From Mycobacterium tuberculosis H37Rv (GTDB lineage: Bacteria; Actinomycetota; Actinomycetes; Mycobacteriales; Mycobacteriaceae): a stretch of 32,000 nt of DNA. Under the pieces are notes generated by a model. It did not search any database. It saw only the letters and a program-made list of their open reading frames with translations, and was not told the DNA's origin. The translations under genes were made by a program, and so were the position numbers. This document shows positions 9,340 through 18,636 of this stretch, piece by piece. The stretch lies in NCBI RefSeq assembly GCF_000195955.2, contig NC_000962.3, positions 870,001 to 902,000 on the forward strand, in the 5' to 3' direction. How positions within the stretch are numbered: position 1 is the stretch's first letter; the number at the start of each line of letters is the position of its first letter.

Positions 9340-11040
9340 GTGGCGTTAACCTGTACCGACATGAGCGATGCTGTAGCCGGTTCAGATGCCGAGGGGCTCA
9401 CCGCTGATGCCATTGTCGTGGGAGCCGGATTAGCGGGCCTGGTAGCCGCTTGTGAGTTGGCCGACCGCGGCCTACGGGTGCTGATCCTCGACCAGGAGAA
9501 TCGGGCCAACGTGGGCGGGCAGGCCTTCTGGTCGTTCGGCGGTTTGTTCTTGGTCAACAGTCCCGAGCAGCGCCGCTTGGGCATCCGTGATAGCCATGAG
9601 CTTGCTCTGCAGGATTGGCTGGGGACGGCGGCGTTCGACCGGCCCGAGGACTACTGGCCCGAACAATGGGCGCATGCTTACGTCGATTTCGCGGCGGGGG
9701 AGAAGCGCAGCTGGCTGCGGGCCCGCGGGCTGAAGATCTTTCCGCTGGTGGGCTGGGCCGAGCGTGGTGGTTACGACGCGCAGGGGCACGGCAACTCGGT
9801 GCCCCGTTTCCACATCACCTGGGGTACTGGGCCGGCTCTGGTCGACATATTCGTGCGTCAGCTGCGTGATCGCCCCACGGTGCGCTTTGCGCACCGCCAC
9901 CAGGTCGACAAACTGATCGTCGAGGGTAACGCGGTGACAGGCGTTCGGGGTACCGTGCTGGAGCCCTCGGATGAGCCGCGCGGCGCGCCTTCGTCGCGAA
10001 AGTCTGTGGGGAAATTCGAGTTTCGCGCGTCAGCGGTGATCGTCGCCAGTGGTGGTATCGGTGGCAATCATGAGCTGGTGCGCAAAAACTGGCCGAGACG
10101 GATGGGCCGCATTCCCAAGCAACTGTTGAGCGGGGTGCCCGCGCACGTTGATGGCAGGATGATCGGCATCGCTCAAAAGGCCGGGGCTGCGGTGATCAAT
10201 CCGGACCGGATGTGGCATTACACCGAAGGCATTACCAACTACGACCCGATCTGGCCGCGGCACGGTATCCGGATTATTCCGGGGCCGTCGTCGCTATGGC
10301 TGGATGCCGCGGGCAAGCGGTTGCCGGTACCGTTGTTTCCCGGGTTCGACACCCTCGGCACATTGGAGTACATCACCAAGTCTGGACATGACTACACCTG
10401 GTTCGTGTTGAATGCCAAGATAATCGAGAAGGAATTCGCGCTGTCCGGTCAGGAGCAGAACCCTGACTTGACCGGTCGGCGCCTGGGCCAGCTGTTGCGC
10501 TCTCGGGCTCACGCCGGCCCGCCCGGACCGGTGCAGGCATTCATCGATCGTGGTGTGGACTGCGTCCACGCGAACTCGTTGCGCGAGTTGGTGGCCGCGA
10601 TGAACGAGTTGCCCGATGTGGTGCCGCTGGACTACGAGACGGTGGCAGCCGCGGTCACTGCGCGCGATCGTGAGGTGGTCAATAAGTACAGCAAGGATGG
10701 ACAGATCACCGCGATTCGTGCCGCTCGCCGCTACCGAGGCGACCGATTTGGCCGGGTGGTGGCGCCACATCGGTTGACCGATCCGAAGGCCGGGCCGCTG
10801 ATCGCGGTCAAGCTGCACATCCTGACTCGAAAGACGTTGGGTGGCATCGAAACTGACTTAGATGCTCGGGTGCTCAAGGCCGACGGTACGCCACTGGCCG
10901 GGTTGTATGCAGCCGGCGAGGTCGCCGGGTTCGGCGGGGGCGGTGTCCATGGCTACCGGGCCTTGGAGGGCACCTTCCTGGGTGGATGCATATTTTCCGG
11001 CCGCGCTGCCGGCCGCGGGGCCGCCGAGGATATCCGCTAG
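9340..11040 (+). CDS. FAD-binding dehydrogenase, fumarate reductase/KstD-like flavoprotein family, 566 aa
   Basis: N-terminal Rossmann motif IVVGAGLAGLVAACELADRGLRVLILDQE. C-terminal FAD motif GLYAAGEVAGFGGGGVHG. Confidence 0.88.
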   Translation: MALTCTDMSDAVAGSDAEGLTADAIVVGAGLAGLVAACELADRGLRVLILDQENRANVGGQAFWSFGGLFLVNSPEQRRLGIRDSHELALQDWLGTAAFDRPEDYWPEQWAHAYVDFAAGEKRSWLRARGLKIFPLVGWAERGGYDAQGHGNSVPRFHITWGTGPALVDIFVRQLRDRPTVRFAHRHQVDKLIVEGNAVTGVRGTVLEPSDEPRGAPSSRKSVGKFEFRASAVIVASGGIGGNHELVRKNWPRRMGRIPKQLLSGVPAHVDGRMIGIAQKAGAAVINPDRMWHYTEGITNYDPIWPRHGIRIIPGPSSLWLDAAGKRLPVPLFPGFDTLGTLEYITKSGHDYTWFVLNAKIIEKEFALSGQEQNPDLTGRRLGQLLRSRAHAGPPGPVQAFIDRGVDCVHANSLRELVAAMNELPDVVPLDYETVAAAVTARDREVVNKYSKDGQITAIRAARRYRGDRFGRVVAPHRLTDPKAGPLIAVKLHILTRKTLGGIETDLDARVLKADGTPLAGLYAAGEVAGFGGGGVHGYRALEGTFLGGCIFSGRAAGRGAAEDIR

Positions 11041-11042
11041 TT

Positions 11043-11076
11043 GTGGCCGCTTGACATAGGAGCTATTGCTCGCGCT
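11043..11076. repeat. 34-bp element, 32/34 identical to the right edge of IS1547 (21432-21465)
   Basis: Manual base-by-base alignment of gtggccgcttgacataggagctattgctcgcgct against gcggccgcttgccataggagctattgctcgcgct. It lies exactly between two convergent stop codons. Confidence 0.85.
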
Positions 11077-11713
11077 AGAAGGTGACCGCGCTTTCCTCGG
11101 GCAACACCTGAAAGTCGGTGGTGGTCATCTCGGTGAGCCGGCCGTAGTAGATACCCCTGGCGTCCGGAGCGACGATGGCTTGGTGGATGGGTACCGCTCG
11201 TGCCGGAGCTACGGCCCGCAGGTAGTCGACCGCCTCGGAGATCTTCATCCATGGGGCCGCGGCGGGAGTGGCCAGTACGTCCACCTGCTCGCCGGGAACG
11301 AACAACGCGTCACCGGGATGCATCAGTCTTGCCCGATGTTTACTGTCGCCCACCAGATACGAAATGTTCTCTATCACAGGGATTTCCGGGTGGATCACCG
11401 CGTGGCAACCGCCGACCGCACGGACGGTCAGCTCCGCTAACGGCAGCTCGTCGCCAACGTGCACCGCCCGCCATGGCTCGCCCAGCTGCGCCGCCGTCTG
11501 CGGATCGGCGTACAGCTCGGCAGCCGGGTTGTCCTCGAGCAGGGTCGGCAGCCGCGTGACGTCTATGTGATCGGGGTGCTGGTGGGTGATCAAGATCGCG
11601 GACAAACCGGTGATTCCCTCGAAGCCGTGCGAGAAAGTACCGGGATCGAAGAGCAGGCGGGTTTGACCGAACTCAGCGAGGAGGCAGGAATGGCCGAAAT
11701 GCGTGAGTTGCAT
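11075..11713 (-). CDS. Metallo-beta-lactamase-fold hydrolase, 212 aa from ATG 11713
   Basis: N-terminus MQLTHFGHSCLL plus the metal-binding motif THQHPDH (encoded at 11567-11584) and downstream His/Asp residues. The upstream 126 codons of the track ORF are Arg-rich shadow sequence. Confidence 0.85.
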   Translation of the reverse strand: MQLTHFGHSCLLAEFGQTRLLFDPGTFSHGFEGITGLSAILITHQHPDHIDVTRLPTLLEDNPAAELYADPQTAAQLGEPWRAVHVGDELPLAELTVRAVGGCHAVIHPEIPVIENISYLVGDSKHRARLMHPGDALFVPGEQVDVLATPAAAPWMKISEAVDYLRAVAPARAVPIHQAIVAPDARGIYYGRLTEMTTTDFQVLPEESAVTF

Positions 11714-11731
11714 GTTTACGATTGTGCCCTT

Positions 11732-12418
11732 ATGGGGGCGTTTCCGATGCGGTTGATCCTGGCGACGATGCTGGTCGCCGGTCGCTTGTTGGCGACGCTC
11801 ATGGCCGCGCCTAGCGCCCAGGCTGAGCCGGAAACCTGCCCGCCGATATGCGACCAGATTCCTGCTACCGCGTGGATCAGCACCCACGCCGTGCCGTTGA
11901 ACTCGCAATACCGTTGGCCGGCAATGGCCGGCGCGGCAGTGGCGGTGACCAGGGCGACACCACGTTTCGGGTTCGAGCAGGTGTGCGCCACGCCGGCGTT
12001 CCCGCACGACAGCCGCGATTGGGCGGTCGCGGGCCGGGTCACGGTGGTCCACCCCGACGGCCAGTGGCAGTTGCAGGCTCAGGTGCTGCACTGGCGCGGG
12101 GACACCGCCCGCGGTGGCCAGATCGCGGCGTCGGTGTTTGGCACCGCCGTCGCCGCGTTACGCGCCTGCCAGCTGGGCGCACCGCTGCAGTCGCCGTCGG
12201 TCACCGACGACGAACCGACCCGGATGGCCGCGGTGATCAGCGGGCCGGTCATCATGTACACCTACCTGGTCGCGCACGTATCAAGCAGCACGATCAGCGA
12301 ACTCACCTTGTGGTCGTCCGGGCCGCCACAAGTTCCGTGGCCTACGGTTGCGGACTCCGCGGTTCTGGACGCCCTGACCGCGCCGTTATGCGAAGCCTAC
12401 ATCGGCTCGTGCCCGTGA
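11732..12418 (+). CDS. Exported Cys-rich protein of unknown function (recalled as Rv0787); start uncertain (ATG 11732 or 11747)
   Basis: Signal peptide MRLILATMLVAGRLLATLMAAPSAQA/EP with an AxA cleavage site. The mature part has six Cys. The track ORF start at 11459 would overlap the MBL gene by 255 nt. Confidence 0.7.
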   Translation: MGAFPMRLILATMLVAGRLLATLMAAPSAQAEPETCPPICDQIPATAWISTHAVPLNSQYRWPAMAGAAVAVTRATPRFGFEQVCATPAFPHDSRDWAVAGRVTVVHPDGQWQLQAQVLHWRGDTARGGQIAASVFGTAVAALRACQLGAPLQSPSVTDDEPTRMAAVISGPVIMYTYLVAHVSSSTISELTLWSSGPPQVPWPTVADSAVLDALTAPLCEAYIGSCP

Positions 12419-12523
12419 CCAGGCGGGGCACCTGCCGCCGGTAGAGTTGGCGCGGGAATCATTGCCCGGCTCCTGGCGGCCGCTGTCGCCGGGCGCGGCG
12501 GGCAGATCTGAGGAGGAGCGCCG

Positions 12524-12763
12524 GTGGCCAGGGTGGTCGTGCATGTGATGCCCAAGGCGGAGATTCTTGACCCGCAGGGCCAGGCGATTGTCGGTGCGCT
12601 GGGGCGGCTTGGGCATCTCGGAATATCAGATGTGCGTCAGGGCAAGAGGTTTGAGCTGGAGGTCGACGATACGGTTGATGACACCACGCTTGCCGAGATC
12701 GCAGAATCACTGTTGGCCAACACCGTGATCGAGGACTGGACGATCAGCCGGGACCCGCAGTGA
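12524..12763 (+). CDS. purS: FGAM synthase PurS subunit, 79 aa
   Basis: Small ORF with the typical PurS sequence ([19 protein letters not shown]). SD aggagga lies 6 nt upstream of the GTG. GTGA overlap with purQ. Confidence 0.93.
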   Translation: MARVVVHVMPKAEILDPQGQAIVGALGRLGHLGISDVRQGKRFELEVDDTVDDTTLAEIAESLLANTVIEDWTISRDPQ

Positions 12764-13434
12764 CGGCGCGCATCGGTGTCGTCACGTTTCCCGGCACGCT
12801 CGACGACGTCGACGCCGCGCGCGCGGCGCGGCAGGTGGGCGCCGAGGTGGTCAGCCTGTGGCATGCCGACGCCGACCTTAAGGGTGTCGACGCCGTAGTG
12901 GTGCCCGGCGGATTTTCCTACGGTGACTACCTCCGGGCCGGAGCGATCGCCAGATTCGCTCCGGTGATGGACGAAGTGGTAGCTGCCGCGGACCGCGGCA
13001 TGCCGGTGTTGGGGATTTGCAACGGCTTTCAGGTGCTGTGTGAGGCCGGGCTACTACCTGGTGCCCTGACCCGCAACGTGGGATTGCACTTCATCTGCCG
13101 GGATGTGTGGCTGCGGGTAGCGTCGACGTCGACGGCGTGGACATCGCGTTTCGAGCCTGACGCCGACCTGTTGGTTCCGCTGAAGTCCGGCGAGGGCCGT
13201 TACGTGGCGCCGGAGAAGGTGCTTGACGAACTAGAAGGCGAAGGCCGGGTGGTGTTCCGCTACCATGACAACGTCAACGGCTCGCTGCGCGACATCGCCG
13301 GCATCTGCTCAGCCAACGGCCGTGTCGTCGGCCTGATGCCGCACCCCGAACATGCGATTGAAGCGTTGACCGGGCCGTCCGACGACGGACTGGGTCTGTT
13401 CTATTCAGCGCTGGATGCCGTTCTGACGGGCTGA
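12760..13434 (+). CDS. purQ: FGAM synthase glutamine amidotransferase subunit, 224 aa
   Basis: Class I GATase with the nucleophile motif GICNGFQ and a distal MPHPEH His. Confidence 0.95.
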   Translation: MTARIGVVTFPGTLDDVDAARAARQVGAEVVSLWHADADLKGVDAVVVPGGFSYGDYLRAGAIARFAPVMDEVVAAADRGMPVLGICNGFQVLCEAGLLPGALTRNVGLHFICRDVWLRVASTSTAWTSRFEPDADLLVPLKSGEGRYVAPEKVLDELEGEGRVVFRYHDNVNGSLRDIAGICSANGRVVGLMPHPEHAIEALTGPSDDGLGLFYSALDAVLTG

Positions 13435-13450
13435 GGTCACCCGCTCACGC

Positions 13451-14050
13451 TCACCCGGCGTCTCGCAGCAACGGCGGCGTCGCGGTTGGAGGTAATCCGG
13501 CTGCCGTCAGCTGACCGAAGAGCTCCGTCGCGGCCGAGACGGCGTTGTCGACGAAGGTGGCGAAATCGTCGAACCGGATGCGGTCCCTGATCAAGGACCG
13601 CTCTGCGGCCACGCCGATGCGGTGCGGATCAGAGGACCCGTGCACGATCGCGGTGACCTCGTGGTTCTGCAGGTTCCACGCGTTGACGATCTCCGCCAAC
13701 CGGGTGTGGTCGGTGGCGGGGAAGAAGTATGCGGGACTGACCCTGATCGTGAACACGTCGCGGTAGGCGGGAGAGATTTCTAGGTGGACGTGCAGCCGCA
13801 GGTGGGCGTTGGCGACGAAGAAGAACTCGGCGTCGTGGTGGCCACGGAAGTATCGCCGGCCGCGGGCGCGCAGGTAGCGCTCGATCAGGTTGGTGCTCAG
13901 CGGCTCGCCTATCGACTCAGTCATGAACTCATGATGCGGCCGGCGCCTTGGTGAATCCTTTGAGCTGGGAACCCGGTTGCGAAGAACAAGATGAGAATTC
14001 CCTGAGCGACGCGGGGCAGCCCGGCCACTGTGAATGGCACGACGCGACAC
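13451..14050 (-). CDS. Hypothetical protein, tentatively YbjN-like; 199 aa, or 157 aa from ATG 13924
   Basis: The core from MTESIGEPLSTNLIERYL.. alternates beta and alpha segments in the manner of the YbjN family. The first 42 codons are Arg/Pro-rich, so the shorter start is plausible. Confidence 0.6.
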   Translation of the reverse strand: MSRRAIHSGRAAPRRSGNSHLVLRNRVPSSKDSPRRRPHHEFMTESIGEPLSTNLIERYLRARGRRYFRGHHDAEFFFVANAHLRLHVHLEISPAYRDVFTIRVSPAYFFPATDHTRLAEIVNAWNLQNHEVTAIVHGSSDPHRIGVAAERSLIRDRIRFDDFATFVDNAVSAATELFGQLTAAGLPPTATPPLLRDAG

Positions 14051-14071
14051 GCGGCGGAGGCGTCGTGAGAT

Positions 14072-14800
14072 TCACAGTCGGTGGGTTGCGTCGGCCAATT
14101 CAACCGGGGGGCCGGTCCACAGTTCCTCGTCAGCGGCTACCAAGGCGTGTACTTCGGTGGACTGCAACGCCTTCAGGACCGACTGAGCGATTCGTTCGTA
14201 CCATTGCGCGACCGCGCTGGGATAGTCGGCGTAGCTGCCGTTTTCCCGCAGGATGGTTCCTTCCACCGTCGGGATCGGGGTAGCTCCGTCGAATTCTTGC
14301 CGGTAGGGCTTGCCGAGGCGGGCGGCGGTGGGTGCGTCGATGGTGGCGTCCAGCTTGACCCATCGCCGACCAAGATATGCCTCACCCAGCGAGTGCCACG
14401 GGAAGGGCCGGCCAGTTCGGCCTCCCCATAGGGCACGTACCTGCGGGGACAGAAACTCCTTATCGGGGGCGTCGATCGTCTGGAACGCGATACGGGCCGG
14501 GACACCGGCGGCTCGGCACAGGGCGACGAAGGAACTTGCCTTGCCCATGCAGAAGGCGACCCCGTGGCCGATCACGTCGCTGGCGCGGTGATGTCCCTGC
14601 GCGAGGTAGCGAAAGGACGCGAGGACGTCGTATGGCACGTCGCGCACGTAGTAGTAGATCCGCCTGACCCGCTCGGTATCCGACACCGCGTCCCGGATGA
14701 GGGTTGCTGCCGTCGTACGAACGAGCGGATGGCCCGCGTCGAGGTACTCCGTGGGCGTCAGAAAGTGGTCCATGCCGGTTCCATTGTTGGCTAGCGTCAT
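14072..14800 (-). CDS. Transglutaminase-like cysteine protease superfamily protein, 242 aa
   Basis: Core motifs GVAFCMGKASSFVALCRAAGVPARIA (Cys) and WHSLGEAYLGRRWVKLDAT (His/Asp). Confidence 0.82.
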   Translation of the reverse strand: MTLANNGTGMDHFLTPTEYLDAGHPLVRTTAATLIRDAVSDTERVRRIYYYVRDVPYDVLASFRYLAQGHHRASDVIGHGVAFCMGKASSFVALCRAAGVPARIAFQTIDAPDKEFLSPQVRALWGGRTGRPFPWHSLGEAYLGRRWVKLDATIDAPTAARLGKPYRQEFDGATPIPTVEGTILRENGSYADYPSAVAQWYERIAQSVLKALQSTEVHALVAADEELWTGPPVELADATHRL

Positions 14801-15840
14801 GGAATCGTGACCTCAGTTTTGACCCGCGGAATGATGTCACTGCCGATGATGTGCAGATAATCGGACTTCACGACGTGTGGAATCGTGAAGAGAAAATGGC
14901 CGACACCGCGGTCCTGGTATTCACGAATGCGCTCGACACACCTGTCGGGTGTCCCGACGATGAGCCCCGGCTCGGGGATGGACGCGAATTCTTCGCGGAT
15001 CCGGACTTCTTCCTCGCCGGACTGGGTGGGTGCCAGCAGCAGCGTGACCGACAGTCGCAGCGTGTCGGGGTCACGCCCGGCCGCCTCCGACGCCTGGGTG
15101 AGAAATCCGCGGCGTTGGGTGACTTGCTGCGGCGACCACCAGCGCACGTTCAGGCCCTGGGCATGCTTAGCGGCGATGCGCTGGACCCGGTCGCCTTCCC
15201 CGCCGATCCACAACGGAGGATGTGGCCGTTGCACCGGCGGCGGATCGCAGGTGGCGCCGTCCAAGGTGTAAAACCGGCCGGCGTAGGTGGGGTTTGGCTC
15301 GGTCCACACGGCCTTGATGACCTGCAGCGACTCGGCAAGCGCGGAGACTCGGTCGCCAACCGGCGGGAACGGGATGCCGTAGGCTTGCGACTCGCGCCGA
15401 AACCAGCCGGCGCCCAATCCCAGATCGAGACGTCCCTGGGAAATGACGTCCAGCGTCGCAGCCATCTTGGCCAGCACGGAAGGATGACGGTAGGAATTGC
15501 ACAGCACGCTGGTGCCCAACCGCAGCTTCGTGGTGTCGCGGGACAATGCCGCAAGTGCGGTCCAGCACTCGAGCAGGGGCAGCGACCTCGAAGGGGCGCA
15601 CTGGCCCGCCCCGCCGGTTTCGGTGCCGGTCGCGGAGCCGGTGTCGGCGGCGATGCCGGCGACCTTCGCATACTCGCCGGGGCTTATCGTCAGGAAGTGG
15701 TCGCATAACCACACTGAATCGAATCCGTATTCTTCCGCCGTCTGCGAGACGACAACCATTTCGCGGTAACTGCCGACCGCCAGGCCATTAACCGTCGCAG
15801 CCAACATGAGTCCGAAGTGCGGGTCGTCTTTGGCGTTCAT
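14797..15840 (-). CDS. Luciferase-like monooxygenase (LLM class, probably F420-dependent) oxidoreductase, 347 aa
   Basis: LLM-family pattern (EEYGFDSVWLCDHF, LGLGAGW, PPLWIGGEG). ATGA overlaps at both ends. Confidence 0.88.
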   Translation of the reverse strand: MNAKDDPHFGLMLAATVNGLAVGSYREMVVVSQTAEEYGFDSVWLCDHFLTISPGEYAKVAGIAADTGSATGTETGGAGQCAPSRSLPLLECWTALAALSRDTTKLRLGTSVLCNSYRHPSVLAKMAATLDVISQGRLDLGLGAGWFRRESQAYGIPFPPVGDRVSALAESLQVIKAVWTEPNPTYAGRFYTLDGATCDPPPVQRPHPPLWIGGEGDRVQRIAAKHAQGLNVRWWSPQQVTQRRGFLTQASEAAGRDPDTLRLSVTLLLAPTQSGEEEVRIREEFASIPEPGLIVGTPDRCVERIREYQDRGVGHFLFTIPHVVKSDYLHIIGSDIIPRVKTEVTIP

Positions 15841-16646
15841 GCGAAATCTCGTTTCTCGATAATTCCGGCACCTGATCCGGGCAACGTTCGGGGTAACGTG
15901 ACGGAGAACTGGTACCGCTCGGGGCGATGGTGGAACACGACCACTTCAAGGGGCTTGCCGTCATTGGTGTAGCTGGTGCGGTCGACGACCAGTACCGGCG
16001 AACCCACCGCCAGACCCAACGCGTCGGCTACGTCGGGGGAGGCCCCGGCGGCATGGATTTCGTGGGTAGCCTGTGCAATGCGTACACCCAGTCGCCGCTC
16101 CCACATCGCATATGTGGTTTCGGTGTCCGCGCTGCCCGATAGCAACGGCTCGACGGCTGGGCCCACGCCGGGCGGAAGATAGGCCGTGACCAGGGCCAAG
16201 GGTTGATCGCCAGTGCGGATGCGCCGGCGAATACAGAGGACCTCAACCAAACCCAGCGTCTCGGAAATCCGTTGCGGCGCCGGTCCGGTCTGGTGTGACA
16301 GCACGTCGACCTGCGGGGTAACACCACAGCTCAACAACACCTCTGTGATGGTGCGCACGCCGCAACTGAGCTCCTGTTCCACCGGATCGGCGACGAAGGT
16401 ACCCAAGCCTTGCCGGCGCACTAGCCATCCCTGACGTTGCAGCATGCCGACCGCCGCGCGCACGGTCACGCGGCTCAAACCGGAACGGTCGATCAATTCT
16501 CGTTCGCTGGGCAAGCGCCCGCCGCGCGGCAGCCGCTGCTGGATGATCTGGGCCTTTAGCGCCTCGGCAAGCTGGGTACTCGCCGGCACGCTGCCACGCG
16601 ATATCCGCAGATCGGCAGCGTCCAGGTCCAGCTTGACAGATGTCAT
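15837..16646 (-). CDS. GntR-family transcriptional regulator, HutC subfamily (wHTH + UTRA), 269 aa
   Basis: wHTH sequence LPSERELIDRSGLSRVTVRAAVGMLQRQGWLVRRQGLGTFV followed by a UTRA-like C-terminal domain. Confidence 0.9.
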   Translation of the reverse strand: MTSVKLDLDAADLRISRGSVPASTQLAEALKAQIIQQRLPRGGRLPSERELIDRSGLSRVTVRAAVGMLQRQGWLVRRQGLGTFVADPVEQELSCGVRTITEVLLSCGVTPQVDVLSHQTGPAPQRISETLGLVEVLCIRRRIRTGDQPLALVTAYLPPGVGPAVEPLLSGSADTETTYAMWERRLGVRIAQATHEIHAAGASPDVADALGLAVGSPVLVVDRTSYTNDGKPLEVVVFHHRPERYQFSVTLPRTLPGSGAGIIEKRDFA

Positions 16647-16668
16647 AAGACGTATTAAAACGTCTTAT
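16645..16668. promoter_or_regulatory. Perfect 9-6-9 palindrome ATAAGACGT-attaaa-ACGTCTTAT; candidate operator of the GntR regulator
   Basis: Read directly from the sequence. It overlaps the regulator's start codon (16644-16646) and a TATACT -10-like hexamer (16666-16671) facing the divergent ABM gene. It is an AT-rich island in GC-rich DNA. Confidence 0.5.
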
Positions 16669-16718
16669 ACTCACCACGTCAAGCGTGCGTGCGCGGTAGC
16701 AGCGGAAGAAGGTCAGCC

Positions 16719-17024
16719 ATGACGTCACCCGTCGCGGTCATCGCCCGGTTCATGCCACGGCCTGACGCTAGGTCGGCCCTGCGCGCTCTCTTGGACGCAA
16801 TGATTACCCCGACACGGGCCGAGGACGGATGCCGTAGCTACGACCTCTACGAGAGCGCCGACGGCGGCGAGCTGGTGCTTTTCGAACGGTACCGCAGCCG
16901 CATCGCGCTCGACGAGCACCGCGGTTCGCCGCACTATCTGAACTACCGGGCACAGGTCGGTGAATTGCTGACCCGGCCCGTCGCGGTGACTGTGCTCGCG
17001 CCGCTCGACGAGGCTTCTGCTTAG
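16719..17024 (+). CDS. Antibiotic-biosynthesis-monooxygenase (ABM) domain protein, 101 aa from ATG 16719
   Basis: Small ferredoxin-like fold pattern (VIARFMPRPD..YDLYES..LVLFERYRS..LDEHRGSPHY). Confidence 0.82.
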   Translation: MTSPVAVIARFMPRPDARSALRALLDAMITPTRAEDGCRSYDLYESADGGELVLFERYRSRIALDEHRGSPHYLNYRAQVGELLTRPVAVTVLAPLDEASA

Positions 17025-17136
17025 AGCGGGTAGCACCCAGGCAGCTTGATCCACGCCCGGCACCGGCCGAGCGCTCGGGAACCGCCGCAGACCACCGCAG
17101 TCCCCCCGTGGGTTCAGCGGCGCGGCGGCGGGTTGG

Positions 17137-18636
17137 CTATACCAGCAGGTAAAACGAATCTCGGTAGGATTCAAGAAGTCTCAGCCACAGTTCGCTGATG
17201 GTCGGGAAGCACGGAACGGCGTGCCACAACCGATCGATTGGCACCTGGCCGGCGACGGCGACGGTGGCCGAATGCAACAGCTCGGCGGCGCCCGGGCCAA
17301 CCATGGTCACGCCCAGCAGATGGCCCCGATCGACGTCGACCACCATGCGCGCCCTGCCGGTGTATCCGTCGGCAAAGAGCTTGGCTCCCATAACGACATC
17401 GCCGATTTCGACATCGATCGCTTTGATCCGGTGACCAGCCTGTGCGGCCTGATCAGCTGTCAGGCCGACCGCTGCGGCTTCGGGGTCGGTAAAGAATGCC
17501 TGCGGCACCGCGTGATGGTCGGCGGTGGTCGCGTGCATGCCCCACGACGTGGTGTCTAGCGGTCGTCCGGCGGCACGGGCGCCGATCGCGGTGCCGGCGA
17601 TCCGCGCCTGGTATTTGCCTTGGTGGGTCAGCAACGCGCGATGGTTGACGTCGCCGGCGGCATAGAGCCAGCCGTCGTCAACAGCCCGCACTCGGCAGGT
17701 GTCATCGACGTCCAGCCAGCTGCCCGGCGTCAGTCCTATTGTCTCCAAGCCGATGTCGTCGGTTCGCGGTGCTCGGCCGGTGGCGAAGAGTACCTCGTCG
17801 ACCCGCAGCTCGGTACCGTCGTCCAGCTCGAGGACCACTGGGCCAGTTGGGTTGGGGCGGCCCAGCGCGCGTACCGATACTCCCACGCGCACGTCAACGC
17901 CGGCGTCGGCCAGTCCGCGACCGATGAGTTCCCCCACAAACGGTTCCATTCGGGGCAGCAGGCCAGATCCCCGAGCCAGCAGGGTCACCGAGGCGCCCAG
18001 TCCCTGCCAGGCGGTCGCCATCTCCACACCGACGCCGCCGGCGCCGACGATCGCAAGCCGGTCGGGGACCGTACTGTTGTCGGTGGCTTGGCGATTGGTC
18101 CATGGCCGGGCTTCGGTGATGCCAGGAAGGTCGGGGAGTGCTGGCCGGCTTCCGGTGCAGATGACAACGGCATGCCGGGCGGTCAGCGCCACGCTTTCGC
18201 CGCTCGACTTGGTGACGACGACGCGGCGCGGACCGTCCAATCGCCCGTCACCGCGTATCAGCGTCGCGCCGATTCCACTCACCCAGTCGGCCTGGCCGGT
18301 GTCGTCCCAGTGGGCCACATAGCGGTTGCGGCGGCCAAAGACGCCGGCTGTGTTGATCGAGCCGTCGACTGCTTCGCGCGCGCCGTCGACCCGTCGGGCG
18401 TCAGAGATCGCGATGACCGGACGCAGCAAGGCTTTGCTGGGCACACAGGCCCAATAGGAGCATTCACCCCCGACGAGTTCGCGCTCCACCACCGCGACAC
18501 GCAGGCCCCCCGCGCGGGCACGATCGGCGACGTTCTGTCCAACGGGTCCCGCGCCGAGCACGACGACGTCATACGTTTCACCCTCACGGCAGCCGGGTGT
18601 TGCCATTGGCGCCTGGTCCTGTTGGGCCGCGGTCAT
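17137..18636 (-). CDS. lpdB: Pyridine nucleotide-disulfide oxidoreductase, dihydrolipoamide dehydrogenase-like, 499 aa from ATG 18636
   Basis: FAD motif [14 protein letters not shown], redox-active CxxxxC ([13 protein letters not shown]), NAD motif [12 protein letters not shown] and a C-terminal dimerisation domain. Confidence 0.88.
   Translation of the reverse strand: MTAAQQDQAPMATPGCREGETYDVVVLGAGPVGQNVADRARAGGLRVAVVERELVGGECSYWACVPSKALLRPVIAISDARRVDGAREAVDGSINTAGVFGRRNRYVAHWDDTGQADWVSGIGATLIRGDGRLDGPRRVVVTKSSGESVALTARHAVVICTGSRPALPDLPGITEARPWTNRQATDNSTVPDRLAIVGAGGVGVEMATAWQGLGASVTLLARGSGLLPRMEPFVGELIGRGLADAGVDVRVGVSVRALGRPNPTGPVVLELDDGTELRVDEVLFATGRAPRTDDIGLETIGLTPGSWLDVDDTCRVRAVDDGWLYAAGDVNHRALLTHQGKYQARIAGTAIGARAAGRPLDTTSWGMHATTADHHAVPQAFFTDPEAAAVGLTADQAAQAGHRIKAIDVEIGDVVMGAKLFADGYTGRARMVVDVDRGHLLGVTMVGPGAAELLHSATVAVAGQVPIDRLWHAVPCFPTISELWLRLLESYRDSFYLLV

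Noticed and set aside
14704-15708. 334-aa + strand ORF
   Set aside because: Antisense to the LLM oxidoreductase, which has clear family motifs. Composition is typical of a GC-driven open frame.
17067-17078. 12-bp perfect palindrome ccgagcgctcgg in the convergent gap between the ABM and LpdB-like genes, considered as a terminator
   Set aside because: There is no loop and no U-tract. It is short and GC-rich, so it is expected by chance at this composition. The support is not sufficient.
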